DNA of 64,000 nucleotides from Sphingomonas sp. (GTDB lineage Bacteria > Pseudomonadota > Alphaproteobacteria > Sphingomonadales > Sphingomonadaceae), in assembly GCA_965219285.1 (NCBI GenBank), contig CBDCNF010000008.1, positions 303,641 to 367,640 on the forward strand, given 5' to 3'. Every line of letters starts with the position of its first letter. Position 1 is the stretch's first letter. The translations under genes and the position numbers were made by a program. This document shows positions 17,755-27,719 of this stretch, piece by piece. The notes under the pieces were generated by a model, which was not told the DNA's origin, ran no database searches, and saw only the letters and a program-made list of their open reading frames with translations.

Positions 17755-19593
17755 TCAAGCCGCGATCTTCGCTCGGCTTGCGCGCTTGCGCTCGTGCGGA
17801 TCGAGATACCGCTTGCGCAGCCGGATCGATTTCGGCGTCACCTCGACCATCTCGTCGTCGTCGATATACGCGATCGCCTGTTCCAGCGTCAGCTTCTTCG
17901 GCGGAGTCAGCCGGATCGCATCGTCCTTGCCCCCGCTCGCGCGGAAGTTGGTGAGCTGTTTCGCCTTCATCGGATTGACTTCGAGATCGTCGGGCTTGGC
18001 ATTCTCGCCGATGATCATACCCTCGTAGAGCGGCTCCTGCGGCGCGACCATCAGGATGCCGCGCTCCTCGAGGAAGCCGAGCGCGTAGGCGTTCGATTCG
18101 CCGCTGCCGTTCGAGATCAGTACGCCGTTCTTGCGGCCCTCGATCTTGCCCTTGTGCGCCCCGTATTTCTCGAACAGCCGGTTCATGATGCCGGTACCGC
18201 GGGTGTCCGACAGGAACTCGCCGTGATACCCGATCATCCCACGCGACGGTGCGCTGAACGTGATCCGCGTCTTGCCGCCGCCCGAGGGGCGCATATCGGT
18301 CATCTCAGCCTTGCGGATCGCCATCTTCTCGACGACCGTGCCCGAATATTCGTCGTCGACGTCGATGATGACCGTCTCGTACGGCTCGGTCCTGATACCG
18401 GTCTCGTCCTCGCCGAACAGCACGCGCGGGCGGCTGATGCCGAGTTCGAAACCCTCGCGGCGCATCGTCTCGATCAGCACTCCAAGCTGCAATTCGCCGC
18501 GGCCCGCGACTTCGTAGCTGTCGCGGTCGGCGGCTTCGGTGACCTTGATCGCGACGTTCGATTCCGCCTCGCGGAACAGGCGGTCGCGGATCATCCGCGA
18601 CGTCACCTTGGTGCCCTCGCGCCCTGCCATCGGCGAATCGTTGACCGCGAAACGCATCGACAAGGTCGGCGGATCGATCGGCTGCGCATGGAGCGGCTCG
18701 GTGACGCTGGGGTCGCAGATCGTGTTCGACACGGTCGTGTGGGTCAGCCCCGCGATCGAGATGATGTCGCCGGCGTTCGCCTCGTCGGTCGGCACGCGCT
18801 CCAGGCCGCGGAACGTCATAATCTTCGACGCGCGGCCCGTCTCGACGATGTTCCCATCGTTATCGAGTGCATGGATCGGCATGTTGGTCTTGACCGAACC
18901 CGAGAACACCAGGCCGGTCAGGATGCGCCCAAGGAAATTGTCGCGGTCGAGCAGGGTCACGAGGAACTTGAACGGCCCGTCGGGATCGGCCGATGGCGCC
19001 GGCACATGATCGACGATCTTCTCGAACAGCGGCGCCAGCGTGCCTTCGCGAACCTCGGCATTGTCGCCCGCGTAACCGTTGCGCCCGCTGGCGAAGAGCA
19101 CCGGGAAATCCAACTGTTCGTCTGTCGCATCGAGTGTCACGAACAGGTCGAACACCTCGTCGAGCACTTCTTGCGCGCGCGCGTCGCTGCGGTCGATCTT
19201 GTTGACGACGACGATCGGCCGCAGCCCCAGCGCGAGCGCCTTGCCCGTCACGAATTTGGTCTGCGGCATCGCGCCTTCGGCGGCATCGACCAGCAGGATC
19301 ACGCCATCGACCATCGACAGGATCCGTTCGACCTCCCCGCCGAAATCGGCGTGGCCCGGCGTATCGACGATGTTGATGCGCGTCTTATGTCCCTTGTGAT
19401 CGTCCCATTCGACGCTGGTGCACTTCGCCAGAATCGTGATTCCGCGCTCTTTTTCGAGGTCGTTCGAATCCATCGCGCGCTCTTCGATGCGCTGGTTGTC
19501 GCGAAAGGTGCCGGACTGGCGAAACAACTGGTCGACCAGCGTCGTCTTGCCGTGATCGACGTGCGCGATGATCGCCACGTTGCGGAGGCTCAT
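17755..19593 (-). CDS. typA: translational GTPase TypA/BipA
   Basis: 612 aa with AIIAHVDHGKTTLVD, DTPGHADF and NKID motifs and an EF-G-like domain order. Confidence 0.97.
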   Translation of the reverse strand: MSLRNVAIIAHVDHGKTTLVDQLFRQSGTFRDNQRIEERAMDSNDLEKERGITILAKCTSVEWDDHKGHKTRINIVDTPGHADFGGEVERILSMVDGVILLVDAAEGAMPQTKFVTGKALALGLRPIVVVNKIDRSDARAQEVLDEVFDLFVTLDATDEQLDFPVLFASGRNGYAGDNAEVREGTLAPLFEKIVDHVPAPSADPDGPFKFLVTLLDRDNFLGRILTGLVFSGSVKTNMPIHALDNDGNIVETGRASKIMTFRGLERVPTDEANAGDIISIAGLTHTTVSNTICDPSVTEPLHAQPIDPPTLSMRFAVNDSPMAGREGTKVTSRMIRDRLFREAESNVAIKVTEAADRDSYEVAGRGELQLGVLIETMRREGFELGISRPRVLFGEDETGIRTEPYETVIIDVDDEYSGTVVEKMAIRKAEMTDMRPSGGGKTRITFSAPSRGMIGYHGEFLSDTRGTGIMNRLFEKYGAHKGKIEGRKNGVLISNGSGESNAYALGFLEERGILMVAPQEPLYEGMIIGENAKPDDLEVNPMKAKQLTNFRASGGKDDAIRLTPPKKLTLEQAIAYIDDDEMVEVTPKSIRLRKRYLDPHERKRASRAKIAA

Positions 19594-19638
19594 TGAATTT
19601 TCCCGAATTTCACTGGAGTGCGTCTTTAGCGAGGTACC

Positions 19639-20613
19639 TTAGCGCATTTGTTGCGTTGCGGGAAGAGTTGCCGCGCGATAGCGGCCCTTGGCGAGGATCG
19701 CCTGCTCGTCGGTCCACGTCAGCACGTCTTCAAGCGCCTGATGCTTGTCCGGCGCCGCATCGACATAGCGCTGCCAGATTCGCATGCCGAGCCAATAGCC
19801 CATCTCGGACGGCCAGCCGGCGGGCGCATTCTGGTAATTCGCGATCCAGCGATGCATCGCGGCGAGACCCGGCGAGTCCTTTTTCGCGCTTTCCCAATCG
19901 AAGCCATTGGTCGCCACCAGATCGGCTTCGAATTGCCGCCACAATTCGGCTTCGCGCGGCGCTGCCCAGTCGGCGCGTTCGGCGTTCGGCGGCGCCCCGG
20001 TAACGAGCCCGGCGACGTAATCCGCGCCGCCCTCGATCAGGATCGCGGACAAAAGCGGTTGGGCGCCCTTGTTATCGACGTCGGTTTGCAGCGTGTGGAC
20101 GGTCTCGTGCGCGAAAAACTGGCGGAGCGTCGCACGGAGCGCGGCGGTATCGGGGCTGATCTTGCACAGCACCTCAAGCCCCAGCACCTGCGCGCCCGGC
20201 CCCGCCGTGCCGCCCGAATTGCCCGCGCCGAACACGACGTAGATTTGCGGCAACTGGCGCGTCGGAAAGAGCCCGTGGAGCGCAAGATAGATCGCGCGCA
20301 ACTCTGCATTGGCGTCTCTGACGACGGGCAGGCAGCGATCGATCGCTTCGCGGTATGCGGCGGGATCCTTGGCGATCGCCGCTGCCAGATGGGCCGCATT
20401 CTCCAGCCGATGCGGCGTGAACACCGAGACGCCGTAGCTCGCGGGATCGAGATAGTCGCGCTGAAGCTGTTCGGCGGTCGGCTTGCCGTCGGTCGCGTCG
20501 AACAGTTTGGCGAACCGGTCGGCGTCCTCGGTGTGGATGGTGACGGTCAGCGTGTCGACGGCCGGTGGCACGACCGCGGTTGCAGCGGCGAGCGCGAGAA
20601 GGGCGGCGAACAT
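19639..20613 (-). CDS. secreted HExxH protein (putative Zn-metalloprotease-like; the DUF2268 resemblance is uncertain)
   Basis: 324 aa with a signal-like N-terminus (MFAALLALAAATAVVPPA), then FFAHETVHTLQ and EGGADYVAG. Confidence 0.55.
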   Translation of the reverse strand: MFAALLALAAATAVVPPAVDTLTVTIHTEDADRFAKLFDATDGKPTAEQLQRDYLDPASYGVSVFTPHRLENAAHLAAAIAKDPAAYREAIDRCLPVVRDANAELRAIYLALHGLFPTRQLPQIYVVFGAGNSGGTAGPGAQVLGLEVLCKISPDTAALRATLRQFFAHETVHTLQTDVDNKGAQPLLSAILIEGGADYVAGLVTGAPPNAERADWAAPREAELWRQFEADLVATNGFDWESAKKDSPGLAAMHRWIANYQNAPAGWPSEMGYWLGMRIWQRYVDAAPDKHQALEDVLTWTDEQAILAKGRYRAATLPATQQMR

Positions 20614-20691
20614 CCCGTCCTTATTCCCGCGCTCTGCCTACGACGCAATCGCGATCCTGAAGCGGATCGACATTCAGCCGAATCGCTTAAT

Positions 20692-20789
20692 CGTCGTTCC
20701 CGCGAAGGCGGGAATCCCTATTGGCTGGCCCCTTGCGAAGGTGTCGAGGCATCTAAGTTTATGGATTCCCGCCTTCACGGGAATGACGG
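20692..20789. repeat. pair of REP-like palindromic units in inverted orientation (BIME-like)
   Basis: CGTCGTTCCCGCGAAGGCGGGAATCCC (20692-20718) matches the reverse complement of GGATTCCCGCCTTCACGGGAATGACGG (20763-20789). Each unit is itself a hairpin. The pair is intergenic. Confidence 0.75.
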
Positions 20790-20830
20790 AGGACTTGTTG
20801 AGCTGACCGTCAATCGACTCTAGCCGCCTC

Positions 20831-21430
20831 TCAAACGAAGGCCGGTGCCCGCCGCAATTGCTGATACGCCGCGATCACCTTTCCCAGCATCGCCTCGTTC
20901 GCGCGGTCTCCGCCATTGTGATCGGGGTGATAGCGCCGCACCAATTCGGTATAGCGCCGCCTGAGCGCCGCCCGATCCGCCTCCGCCCCCAGCCCCAGCA
21001 CCTTCAGGCTCGAACGATCCTGCGGCGACAGCGGCCTGCCGTCCTTGCGCTCGGGCGCGGCCTCGCGGCGGAAGCGCATCCCGATCGCGTCGAGCGGATC
21101 GGAGAAATCGGACCAGCGCGGCCCGGCGTCGCCGCCGGCCCGCGCGAACGCGCGCGTCTCGCGCTCCCACCCCGCCAACGGCCGCTGCGAATCGTGGATT
21201 TCCTCGGCGGTCATGCCGTTGAAGAAATTATAGCGCGCGTTGAACGCGCGGACGTGATCGAGACAGAAGTACCGGAACCGCGGTGGGCCTTCTCCGCCGC
21301 CGGGCCCTTCGAGCGGCGGCGCGCGAAACTCGCCCGGCTCCATGCAGCACGGTTCCGAACACGGCTGGCCGGTGCCTTCCACGCGCCCGTGGAAACGCCC
21401 TCCGGGCCGTACCTTGTCGTCTCTCGCCAC
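20831..21430 (-). CDS. J-domain (DnaJ-like) protein
   Basis: The C-terminal J domain reads LKVLGLGAEADRAALRRRYTELVRRYHPDHNGGD (HPD motif). The start is trimmed to GTG 21430 (VARDDKVRPGGRFHGRVEG...) because the track's 296-aa form runs across the bolA promoter region. Confidence 0.7.
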   Translation of the reverse strand: MARDDKVRPGGRFHGRVEGTGQPCSEPCCMEPGEFRAPPLEGPGGGEGPPRFRYFCLDHVRAFNARYNFFNGMTAEEIHDSQRPLAGWERETRAFARAGGDAGPRWSDFSDPLDAIGMRFRREAAPERKDGRPLSPQDRSSLKVLGLGAEADRAALRRRYTELVRRYHPDHNGGDRANEAMLGKVIAAYQQLRRAPAFV

Positions 21431-21472
21431 CAAACTCCCCGCACGCCCGCAAAAGTGGCCTATATAGGGGCG

Positions 21473-21760
21473 ATGACCACGCCCGCCACCGCTCCGCTCG
21501 CGGACATTATCGCCGCCCGCCTCACCGAAGCGCTCGCCCCGACGCATCTCGACGTCGTCAACGAAAGCGCACTCCACGCGGGGCACATGGGCGACGACGG
21601 CAGCGGCGAAAGCCACTTCCGCGTCGAGATCGAATCGCCCGCCTTCGCCGGCGTGTCGCGCGTCGAGCGTCAGCGGCGCGTCAACCGCGCGCTGGCGGAG
21701 TTGCTGGCAACACGCATCCACGCGCTCGCGATCCGGGCGCGCGCACCGGGAGACAGCTGA
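21473..21760 (+). CDS. bolA: BolA-family protein
   Basis: 95 aa reading ...LDVVNESALHAGHMGDDGSGESHFRVEIESPAFAGVSRVERQRRVN..., a BolA signature. It is embedded in a longer shadow ORF of the track. Confidence 0.85.
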   Translation: MTTPATAPLADIIAARLTEALAPTHLDVVNESALHAGHMGDDGSGESHFRVEIESPAFAGVSRVERQRRVNRALAELLATRIHALAIRARAPGDS

Positions 21761-22467
21761 TGGCGTACAAACTCTGGTATTGGCCCGCGATCCAGGGTCG
21801 CGGCGAATTCATCCGGCTGGCGCTCGAGACCGCCGGGCTCGATTACGAGGATTGCGCGCGCGCGGTCGGCGAGGAGGGTCTGGTCGCCGACATGACGAGC
21901 CGGAAGGGGCGCGCGCCGTTCGCTCCGCCGTATCTCGACATCGACGGCATGGTCATCGCGCAGGTCGCCGACATCCTGCTCTATCTCGGCGACCGCCACG
22001 GCCTCGCGCCGTCGAACATCGCCGATCGTTATTGGATTCACGAACTGCAACTGACCATCGCGGACGTTGTCGCAGAGGTGCACAACGTCCACCACCCGGT
22101 CGAAATGACGGCCTATTACGATGACCAGAAGGCGGAGGCCGCGCGCGCCGCGAAACAGTTTCGCGAGAGCCGGATGCCAAAGTATCTCGGCTATTTCGAG
22201 CAGGCGATCGCCGCCAATCCCGGCGAATGGCTGATCGATCACCGCTGGACCTATGCCGATACGTCGCTGTTCCAGCTCGTCGAAGGGCTGCGTTACATGT
22301 TCCCCAGGCGCATGGCTGCGATCGAGCAAGACTATCCCGGCGTGACCCGCATTCGCGATCAGGTCGCCGAGCTTCCCGGGATCAAGGCGTATGTCGCAAG
22401 CGATCGGCGGCTTGCGTTCAACGCCGACGGCATCTTCCGGCATTATCCCGAGCTCGATTCCGAATGA
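21760..22467 (+). CDS. glutathione S-transferase family protein
   Basis: MAYKLWYWPAIQGRGEFIRLALE... is a GST N-terminal thioredoxin-like fold, followed by a helical C-domain. The ATG shares 1 nt with the bolA stop. Confidence 0.8.
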   Translation: MAYKLWYWPAIQGRGEFIRLALETAGLDYEDCARAVGEEGLVADMTSRKGRAPFAPPYLDIDGMVIAQVADILLYLGDRHGLAPSNIADRYWIHELQLTIADVVAEVHNVHHPVEMTAYYDDQKAEAARAAKQFRESRMPKYLGYFEQAIAANPGEWLIDHRWTYADTSLFQLVEGLRYMFPRRMAAIEQDYPGVTRIRDQVAELPGIKAYVASDRRLAFNADGIFRHYPELDSE

Positions 22468-22901
22468 GGGCCGCACGCCCCGCCGCCCGCATCCTCCTCG
22501 TCGATCGCACCGGCCGCGTCCTGCTGTTTCGCTTCGTCGCGGGCGACGATCGCGCGCCGTTCTGGTGCACCCCCGGCGGCGCGGTCGATCCGGGCGAAAG
22601 CTATGCCGCGGCGGCGCGACGCGAGCTGATCGAGGAAACCGGGATCGACGCCGATCCGGGCCGGGAAATCGCGCAACGCACCGTCGATTTCCTGACGATC
22701 GAACGCGTCGAAGTGACTGCCGACGAACGCTGGTTCCGTGTAAATGTCGATGCCGTGGAGATCGATGCGACCGGGCATACCGAACTTGAACGCCGCGTGA
22801 TGACGACGTGGCGCTGGTTCGCGCAGGACGAACTGGCAGGCTGGCCAGAGACGATCTATCCCGAAGACCTGCTGGCGATGCTGGAGGCGACCGATTCATG
22901 A
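22464..22901 (+). CDS. NUDIX hydrolase
   Basis: Nudix box GGAVDPGESYAAAARRELIEETGI. ATGA overlap with the GST stop. Confidence 0.85.
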   Translation: MRAARPAARILLVDRTGRVLLFRFVAGDDRAPFWCTPGGAVDPGESYAAAARRELIEETGIDADPGREIAQRTVDFLTIERVEVTADERWFRVNVDAVEIDATGHTELERRVMTTWRWFAQDELAGWPETIYPEDLLAMLEATDS

Positions 22902-23800
22902 CCCGCGATGACCTGTTTCTTCACACCATCCAGCCCGTCACCCACGATCTCGGCGGCTTCAAGGTCCACCGCACGCTTCCTGCCAAGGACCGGACGATGG
23001 TCGGCCCTTTCCTGTTCTTCGACCAGATGGGCCCGGCGCATCTGCCGAGCGGCGACGGCATTGACGTCCGCCCCCACCCGCACATCAACCTCGCCACCGT
23101 CACCTATCTGTTCGACGGCGCGATCGATCACCGCGACTCGCTCGGCACCTATGCGACGATCGCCCCCGGCGCGGTCAATCTGATGACCGCAGGCCACGGT
23201 ATCGTCCATTCCGAGCGCTCGCCGGGCACCGAACGCGCGCACGGCCCGGAGCTGTCGGGCATCCAGACCTGGCTCGCGCTCCCCGAAGCGAACGAGGAAA
23301 TGGACCCCGCGTTCGAACATGTCGCGGCAGACGCCCTGCCCGTGATCGACGCGCACGGGGCGAAGGCGCGCATCATCATGGGCGATCTCTGGGGCCGGCG
23401 CGCCCCGACCACCACCTATGCCGGGACAATCTACGCCGATATCGCGCTCGAAGCGGGCGCGGCGGTGCCGATCGACGCAGCGGCGGACGAACGCGCGCTC
23501 TACCTCGCGACCGGCGAGGCAACGCTGGAAGGCGTCTCCCTCGAACCGCAACGCCTCTACGTCCTCAAACCCGGCGTCGCCGCGACGTTGCGCTCGGCAA
23601 ACGGCGGTCGCGCAATGCTCTGCGGCGGCGACGCCTTCGCCACCCCGCGCCACGTCTGGTGGAATTTCGTCAGCTCCTCCCGCGACCGCATCGACGAAGC
23701 GAAACGCGCCTGGATGGCGGGGGAGTTTCCGCGGGTGCCGGGGGACGAGAAGGAATGGATTCCCATTCCCAGCGTCCCGAAGACGGTGAGTTATCCGTGA
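22898..23800 (+). CDS. pirin-family protein
   Basis: ...GFKVHRTLP...GPFLFFDQMGP...VRPHPHINLATVTYLF.G...HRDS.G... ATGA overlap with the NUDIX stop. Confidence 0.88.
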   Translation: MTRDDLFLHTIQPVTHDLGGFKVHRTLPAKDRTMVGPFLFFDQMGPAHLPSGDGIDVRPHPHINLATVTYLFDGAIDHRDSLGTYATIAPGAVNLMTAGHGIVHSERSPGTERAHGPELSGIQTWLALPEANEEMDPAFEHVAADALPVIDAHGAKARIIMGDLWGRRAPTTTYAGTIYADIALEAGAAVPIDAAADERALYLATGEATLEGVSLEPQRLYVLKPGVAATLRSANGGRAMLCGGDAFATPRHVWWNFVSSSRDRIDEAKRAWMAGEFPRVPGDEKEWIPIPSVPKTVSYP

Positions 23801-23878
23801 CTTTGGCGCTGGGGGTTGCGGTTGGCGACCCAATTGCAGTCAATTGCTGGACCTACAGGGACACCTGAAACCGGTCGT

Positions 23879-24469
23879 TCAGCCGTCCTCGCTATCCGTG
23901 CCGTTTCCGGCTTCCGCCATGCGTTGAATAATTGCGTTAGCCTTCGCCAAGCCTTTGCGAACGTCGCCTTCCACGATGATCTGAGCAAAAATCGCGGTCA
24001 TCAGCACGAATGCCTTTCGAATGTAATCAACATCGCCGTCGTAACTCGCGACCGCTTCATCCGTCAGCATGGAGAACACAGCTTCCCGTAACTCGCTGTC
24101 TGCAAATGTTAAAGGTCGTTGAGAATGGGCACATGCATTCCGCATCTCTTTAATAACTTCTATATGCGAGCGGGTAGTGCGATCGACGATTCCCATTGCC
24201 TGCGCATTTTTGATCTTCGCAGAAAAAGTGCCCATTGGACCACTGTGGTCGAATAGGTCCGACACCTCTTTCGAATTTAAATGCGCTACCTTCTTACGAA
24301 GAGCTTGGGTAAGTGTGTCTTCGATCATCGCCGCTGTGATGATGATGGCCCCTCTATCGCTTTCGGCTTCGATCGACTTGGCGTGTGCGTCGATGGTAGC
24401 GTCGGTAATCGGTGCGCGAGCATAGGCTTTTAGAGCGGCTATCATCTGCTTACGGCTTGGGCCTGTCAT
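23879..24469 (-). CDS. hypothetical protein, possibly MtlR-like/DUF4145-like helical domain; low-GC orphan
   Basis: 196-aa ORF in a visibly AT-richer patch (about 23.85-24.55 kb). The segment GPMGTFSAKIKNAQAMGIVDRTTRSHIEVIKEMRNACAH resembles the G(P)L.TFS.KI.LAYALGLI....DL..IR.IRN.FAH pattern of mannitol-repressor-like domains, recalled from memory. Confidence 0.55.
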   Translation of the reverse strand: MTGPSRKQMIAALKAYARAPITDATIDAHAKSIEAESDRGAIIITAAMIEDTLTQALRKKVAHLNSKEVSDLFDHSGPMGTFSAKIKNAQAMGIVDRTTRSHIEVIKEMRNACAHSQRPLTFADSELREAVFSMLTDEAVASYDGDVDYIRKAFVLMTAIFAQIIVEGDVRKGLAKANAIIQRMAEAGNGTDSEDG

Positions 24470-24604
24470 ATTCGACCTATACCGCCCACGCTCCTCCGTA
24501 CCTAGTCATCGCGTGTGCCTCGGATAACCTCCGCTTCCAAGGATTGATTCGCCGGAAGCGGGCCGACGGAAAACCATCAATAGCGGACGCCCCGCACGTT
24601 AAGC

Positions 24605-25702
24605 CTAAGGCCACACCTGCGCCGGCTCCGGCAGCGCGATCCGGTCGCGTTCCGCGTCGAGCGCGCCATAATTGATCCATGCCGCATGCGCATGCGACGC
24701 GCCCAGGACCAACGGCTCGGCGTGCCCCGGCCAGCTCATCACCCGCAGCACCTGATGCGCAACCGACCGGTCGGGCTCCATCATCACCCAGCCGAGCGGG
24801 CGTTCGGGGGTCGCGCGATCGCCCGCCGCCAGCATCGCCGCGCGGACGCGGGCCGCCACGTCCTTCGGCAGATATTGCCACACCACCGAATGCATCAGCA
24901 CGCTCGTCGTCCCCGCCTCTTGCGGTTCGGCGAGCCGCGCCTCGATCCAGTCGGCGGCGTCGGCGCGGTCGAGGCGGACGCCGTGGTCGCGCACCATTGC
25001 GATCGCGCTCTTCAGACGTGCCATCCGTTCGGGTTTCTCGGGCCAGACAAAAGCCGACAGGCGTGTCTCGACCGCGGGATCGGTCGCATCCATCGGCGCG
25101 ATATCGCTACCGCGCGCCGATACGATCTCGATCGGCGTCGCAGGCGGCGCTTCGCCGGTCCATTCGGGGACGATCGTGATCGGCGAATCCTCCGGGCCGA
25201 CCATCGTCCCGCCGAGATCGAAGCGATAGCGCCCGATCAGCAGATTGAGCCCCGCGCTCGATCCGATCTCGAGGATCTCGATCTTCGGCCCGTGCCGCCG
25301 CGCGACCTCGATCAGCCCGCACATCAGTGCCGCCGACCGACCCGGCTCGTTGGTCTGCGGCGGTCCGTCGAGCCACGGCAGCAGCTCGGCCTCGTGGCGC
25401 GCCAGCACGCCTTCGACCACCCCGATGATCTCGTCATCCGCGACATGGCCCGCGAACAATTCTGCCAGCTCCGCATCGCGCCCCGCCAGCACCAGCGCAT
25501 GCAGCCCGCCGATGAACCGCAGCGGCATCGCATCGCGGGTCGGCTCGCCGGGCCAGTCGAGCAGCCGCGCGCCCACAATCGTGTCGCGCGTAAGGTCTTT
25601 CGCCACCGCCGCGGCGATGCTGGCATAGATCGGCGCGTCCATCGTCCGGCAATAATGTTCCTGGATCAGGAATGCGTTCCGGTTGCCTGCCTCATCCGCC
25701 AT
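24605..25702 (-). CDS. DUF2332-family protein
   Basis: The start is trimmed to MADEAGNRNAFLIQEHYCRTMDAPIYASI.... The family assignment is from memory of the N-terminal pattern. Confidence 0.6.
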   Translation of the reverse strand: MADEAGNRNAFLIQEHYCRTMDAPIYASIAAAVAKDLTRDTIVGARLLDWPGEPTRDAMPLRFIGGLHALVLAGRDAELAELFAGHVADDEIIGVVEGVLARHEAELLPWLDGPPQTNEPGRSAALMCGLIEVARRHGPKIEILEIGSSAGLNLLIGRYRFDLGGTMVGPEDSPITIVPEWTGEAPPATPIEIVSARGSDIAPMDATDPAVETRLSAFVWPEKPERMARLKSAIAMVRDHGVRLDRADAADWIEARLAEPQEAGTTSVLMHSVVWQYLPKDVAARVRAAMLAAGDRATPERPLGWVMMEPDRSVAHQVLRVMSWPGHAEPLVLGASHAHAAWINYGALDAERDRIALPEPAQVWP

Positions 25703-25764
25703 TATGCGCCTCCTGACGGTCGCCGCATTGCGCCTTCGCAGGTGCACAAGTAAAGCCCGGCTCC

Positions 25765-26427
25765 GTGGCTACTCCGATCGTCATCGCCTTACCGAAAGGC
25801 CGCATCCTAGCCGAGGCGTTGCCGGTGCTCGCCGCCGCCGGAATCGTCCCCGAAGCGGCCTTCTCCGATGAGGACAGTCGCGCGCTCCGCTTCGCGACCG
25901 AAGACCCCGGCATCGAACTGATCCGCGTTCGCGCGTTCGACGTCGCGACCTTCGTCGCGCATGGTGCGGCGCAACTCGGCATCGTCGGGTCGGACGTGCT
26001 CGCCGAATTCGCCTATTCCGAACTCTACGCCCCGGTCGATCTCGGCATAGGCCATTGCCGCCTGTCGGTCGCCGAGCCCGCTGGAACGGCCGAGACCGGT
26101 GATCCGCGCGGGCAGAGCCACGTCCGCGTCGCGACCAAATACCCGCACGTCACGGCGGCGCATTTCGCGAAGCGCGGTGTGCAGGCCGAATGCGTCAAAT
26201 TGAACGGCGCGATGGAACTCGCCCCGACGCTCGGCCTTGCGCCGCGCATCGTCGATCTGGTGTCGTCGGGCCGGACGCTCAAGGAAAACGGCCTCGTCGA
26301 GGTCGAACGGATCATGCATGTCAGCGCGCGCCTGGTGGTGAACCGCGCCGCGATGAAGACCCGCGTCGAAGTCGTCCCGCTCGTCGAGGCGTTCCGGCGC
26401 GCGGTCGGTGCCAGCCAAGCCGCGTGA
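25765..26427 (+). CDS. hisG: ATP phosphoribosyltransferase, short form
   Basis: 220 aa reading ...[16 protein letters not shown]...GIVGSDVL...[14 protein letters not shown].... GTG start. Confidence 0.92.
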   Translation: MATPIVIALPKGRILAEALPVLAAAGIVPEAAFSDEDSRALRFATEDPGIELIRVRAFDVATFVAHGAAQLGIVGSDVLAEFAYSELYAPVDLGIGHCRLSVAEPAGTAETGDPRGQSHVRVATKYPHVTAAHFAKRGVQAECVKLNGAMELAPTLGLAPRIVDLVSSGRTLKENGLVEVERIMHVSARLVVNRAAMKTRVEVVPLVEAFRRAVGASQAA

Positions 26428-27719
26428 TCCGCCTCGCCACCACCGACGCGAATTTCGCCTCCGCCTTCGCCGCAATCGTCGATGCCCGCCGCGAGGCCGA
26501 CGCCGACGTCGCGCGCGACGTGGCCACGATTCTGCGTAGCGTCCGCGACGAAGGCGACGCAGCGCTCCGCGCCTTCACCCAGAAGTTCGATGACCACGAT
26601 CTCGACGAAACCGGCTGGTCGATCGACGCCGCGACCTGCAGCGACGCCTTCGCCGCGCTGGAACCCGAACTCCGCCTAGCGCTCGAACTCGCCGCCTCGC
26701 GCATCCGCGCCTTTCACGAAAAGCAGCGCCCTACCGACAGCGACTTCACCGATGCCGCAGGCGTCCGTCTCGGTGCCCGCTGGCGCCCGGTCGATGCCGC
26801 AGGAATTTACGTCCCCGGCGGCCGCGCGGCCTATCCTTCCACGCTGCTGATGAACGCGATCCCCGCCAAGGTCGCGGGTGTCGAGCGCCTCGTCGTCGTC
26901 ACCCCGACACCGATCGGCGAGATCAACCCGCTCGTCCTTGCCGCCGCGCACCTTGCCGGTGCCGACGACATCTGGCGCGTCGGCGGCGCGCAGGCCATCG
27001 CCGCGCTCGCCTACGGCACGCGCCGGATCGCGCGCGTCGATGTCGTCACCGGCCCTGGCAATGCCTGGGTCGCCGAGGCCAAACGCCAGGTCTACGGCGT
27101 CGTCGGCATCGACATGGTCGCCGGGCCGAGCGAGATCGTCGTCGTAGCCGACGGCACCAACGACCCAGACTGGATCGCCGCCGACCTGCTCAGCCAGGCC
27201 GAACACGATTTGACGACGCAATCGATCCTGTTCACCGACGATGCGGAGTTCGCGGATGCGGTCGCGGCGGCGGTGGAGCGCCAGCTTACCGATCTCCCGA
27301 CGCACGAAACCGCCCGCATTGCCTGGGAGCGCAACGGCGCGGTCATCATCACCGAAACGCTCGCCGAGGCGATCCCGCTCGTCGATGCACTAGCCCCCGA
27401 ACACGTCGAATTCGCCTGCGACGACCCGCAATCCTTGTTCGACCAGCTACGCCATGCCGGCAGCGCCTTCCTCGGCCGCCATACGCCCGAGGCGATCGGC
27501 GATTACATCGCCGGCCCCAACCACGTCCTCCCGACCGGTCGCCGCGCCCGCTTCGCCTCGGGGCTTTCGGTCACCGATTTCATGAAGCGCACCAGCTTCC
27601 TCCAACTCGACGAAACCGCGCTTGCAGACCTCGGCCCCGCGACGATCGCGCTGGCGGAGGCGGAGGGGCTGCCCGCGCACGCGAAGTCGGTGGCGTTGCG
27701 GCTGCGGACGAGCCGCTAA
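26424..27719 (+). CDS. hisD: histidinol dehydrogenase
   Basis: The start is taken at GTG 26424 (GTGA overlap with the hisG stop). The translation reads ...[27 protein letters not shown]...SQAEHD...[13 protein letters not shown].... Confidence 0.92.
   Translation: MIRLATTDANFASAFAAIVDARREADADVARDVATILRSVRDEGDAALRAFTQKFDDHDLDETGWSIDAATCSDAFAALEPELRLALELAASRIRAFHEKQRPTDSDFTDAAGVRLGARWRPVDAAGIYVPGGRAAYPSTLLMNAIPAKVAGVERLVVVTPTPIGEINPLVLAAAHLAGADDIWRVGGAQAIAALAYGTRRIARVDVVTGPGNAWVAEAKRQVYGVVGIDMVAGPSEIVVVADGTNDPDWIAADLLSQAEHDLTTQSILFTDDAEFADAVAAAVERQLTDLPTHETARIAWERNGAVIITETLAEAIPLVDALAPEHVEFACDDPQSLFDQLRHAGSAFLGRHTPEAIGDYIAGPNHVLPTGRRARFASGLSVTDFMKRTSFLQLDETALADLGPATIALAEAEGLPAHAKSVALRLRTSR

Noticed and set aside
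17716-19596. A 626-aa plus-strand ORF covering the typA locus.
   Set aside because: It is antisense to an unmistakable TypA/BipA GTPase. The composition is R/D/L/A-rich with no motifs, so it is a shadow ORF.
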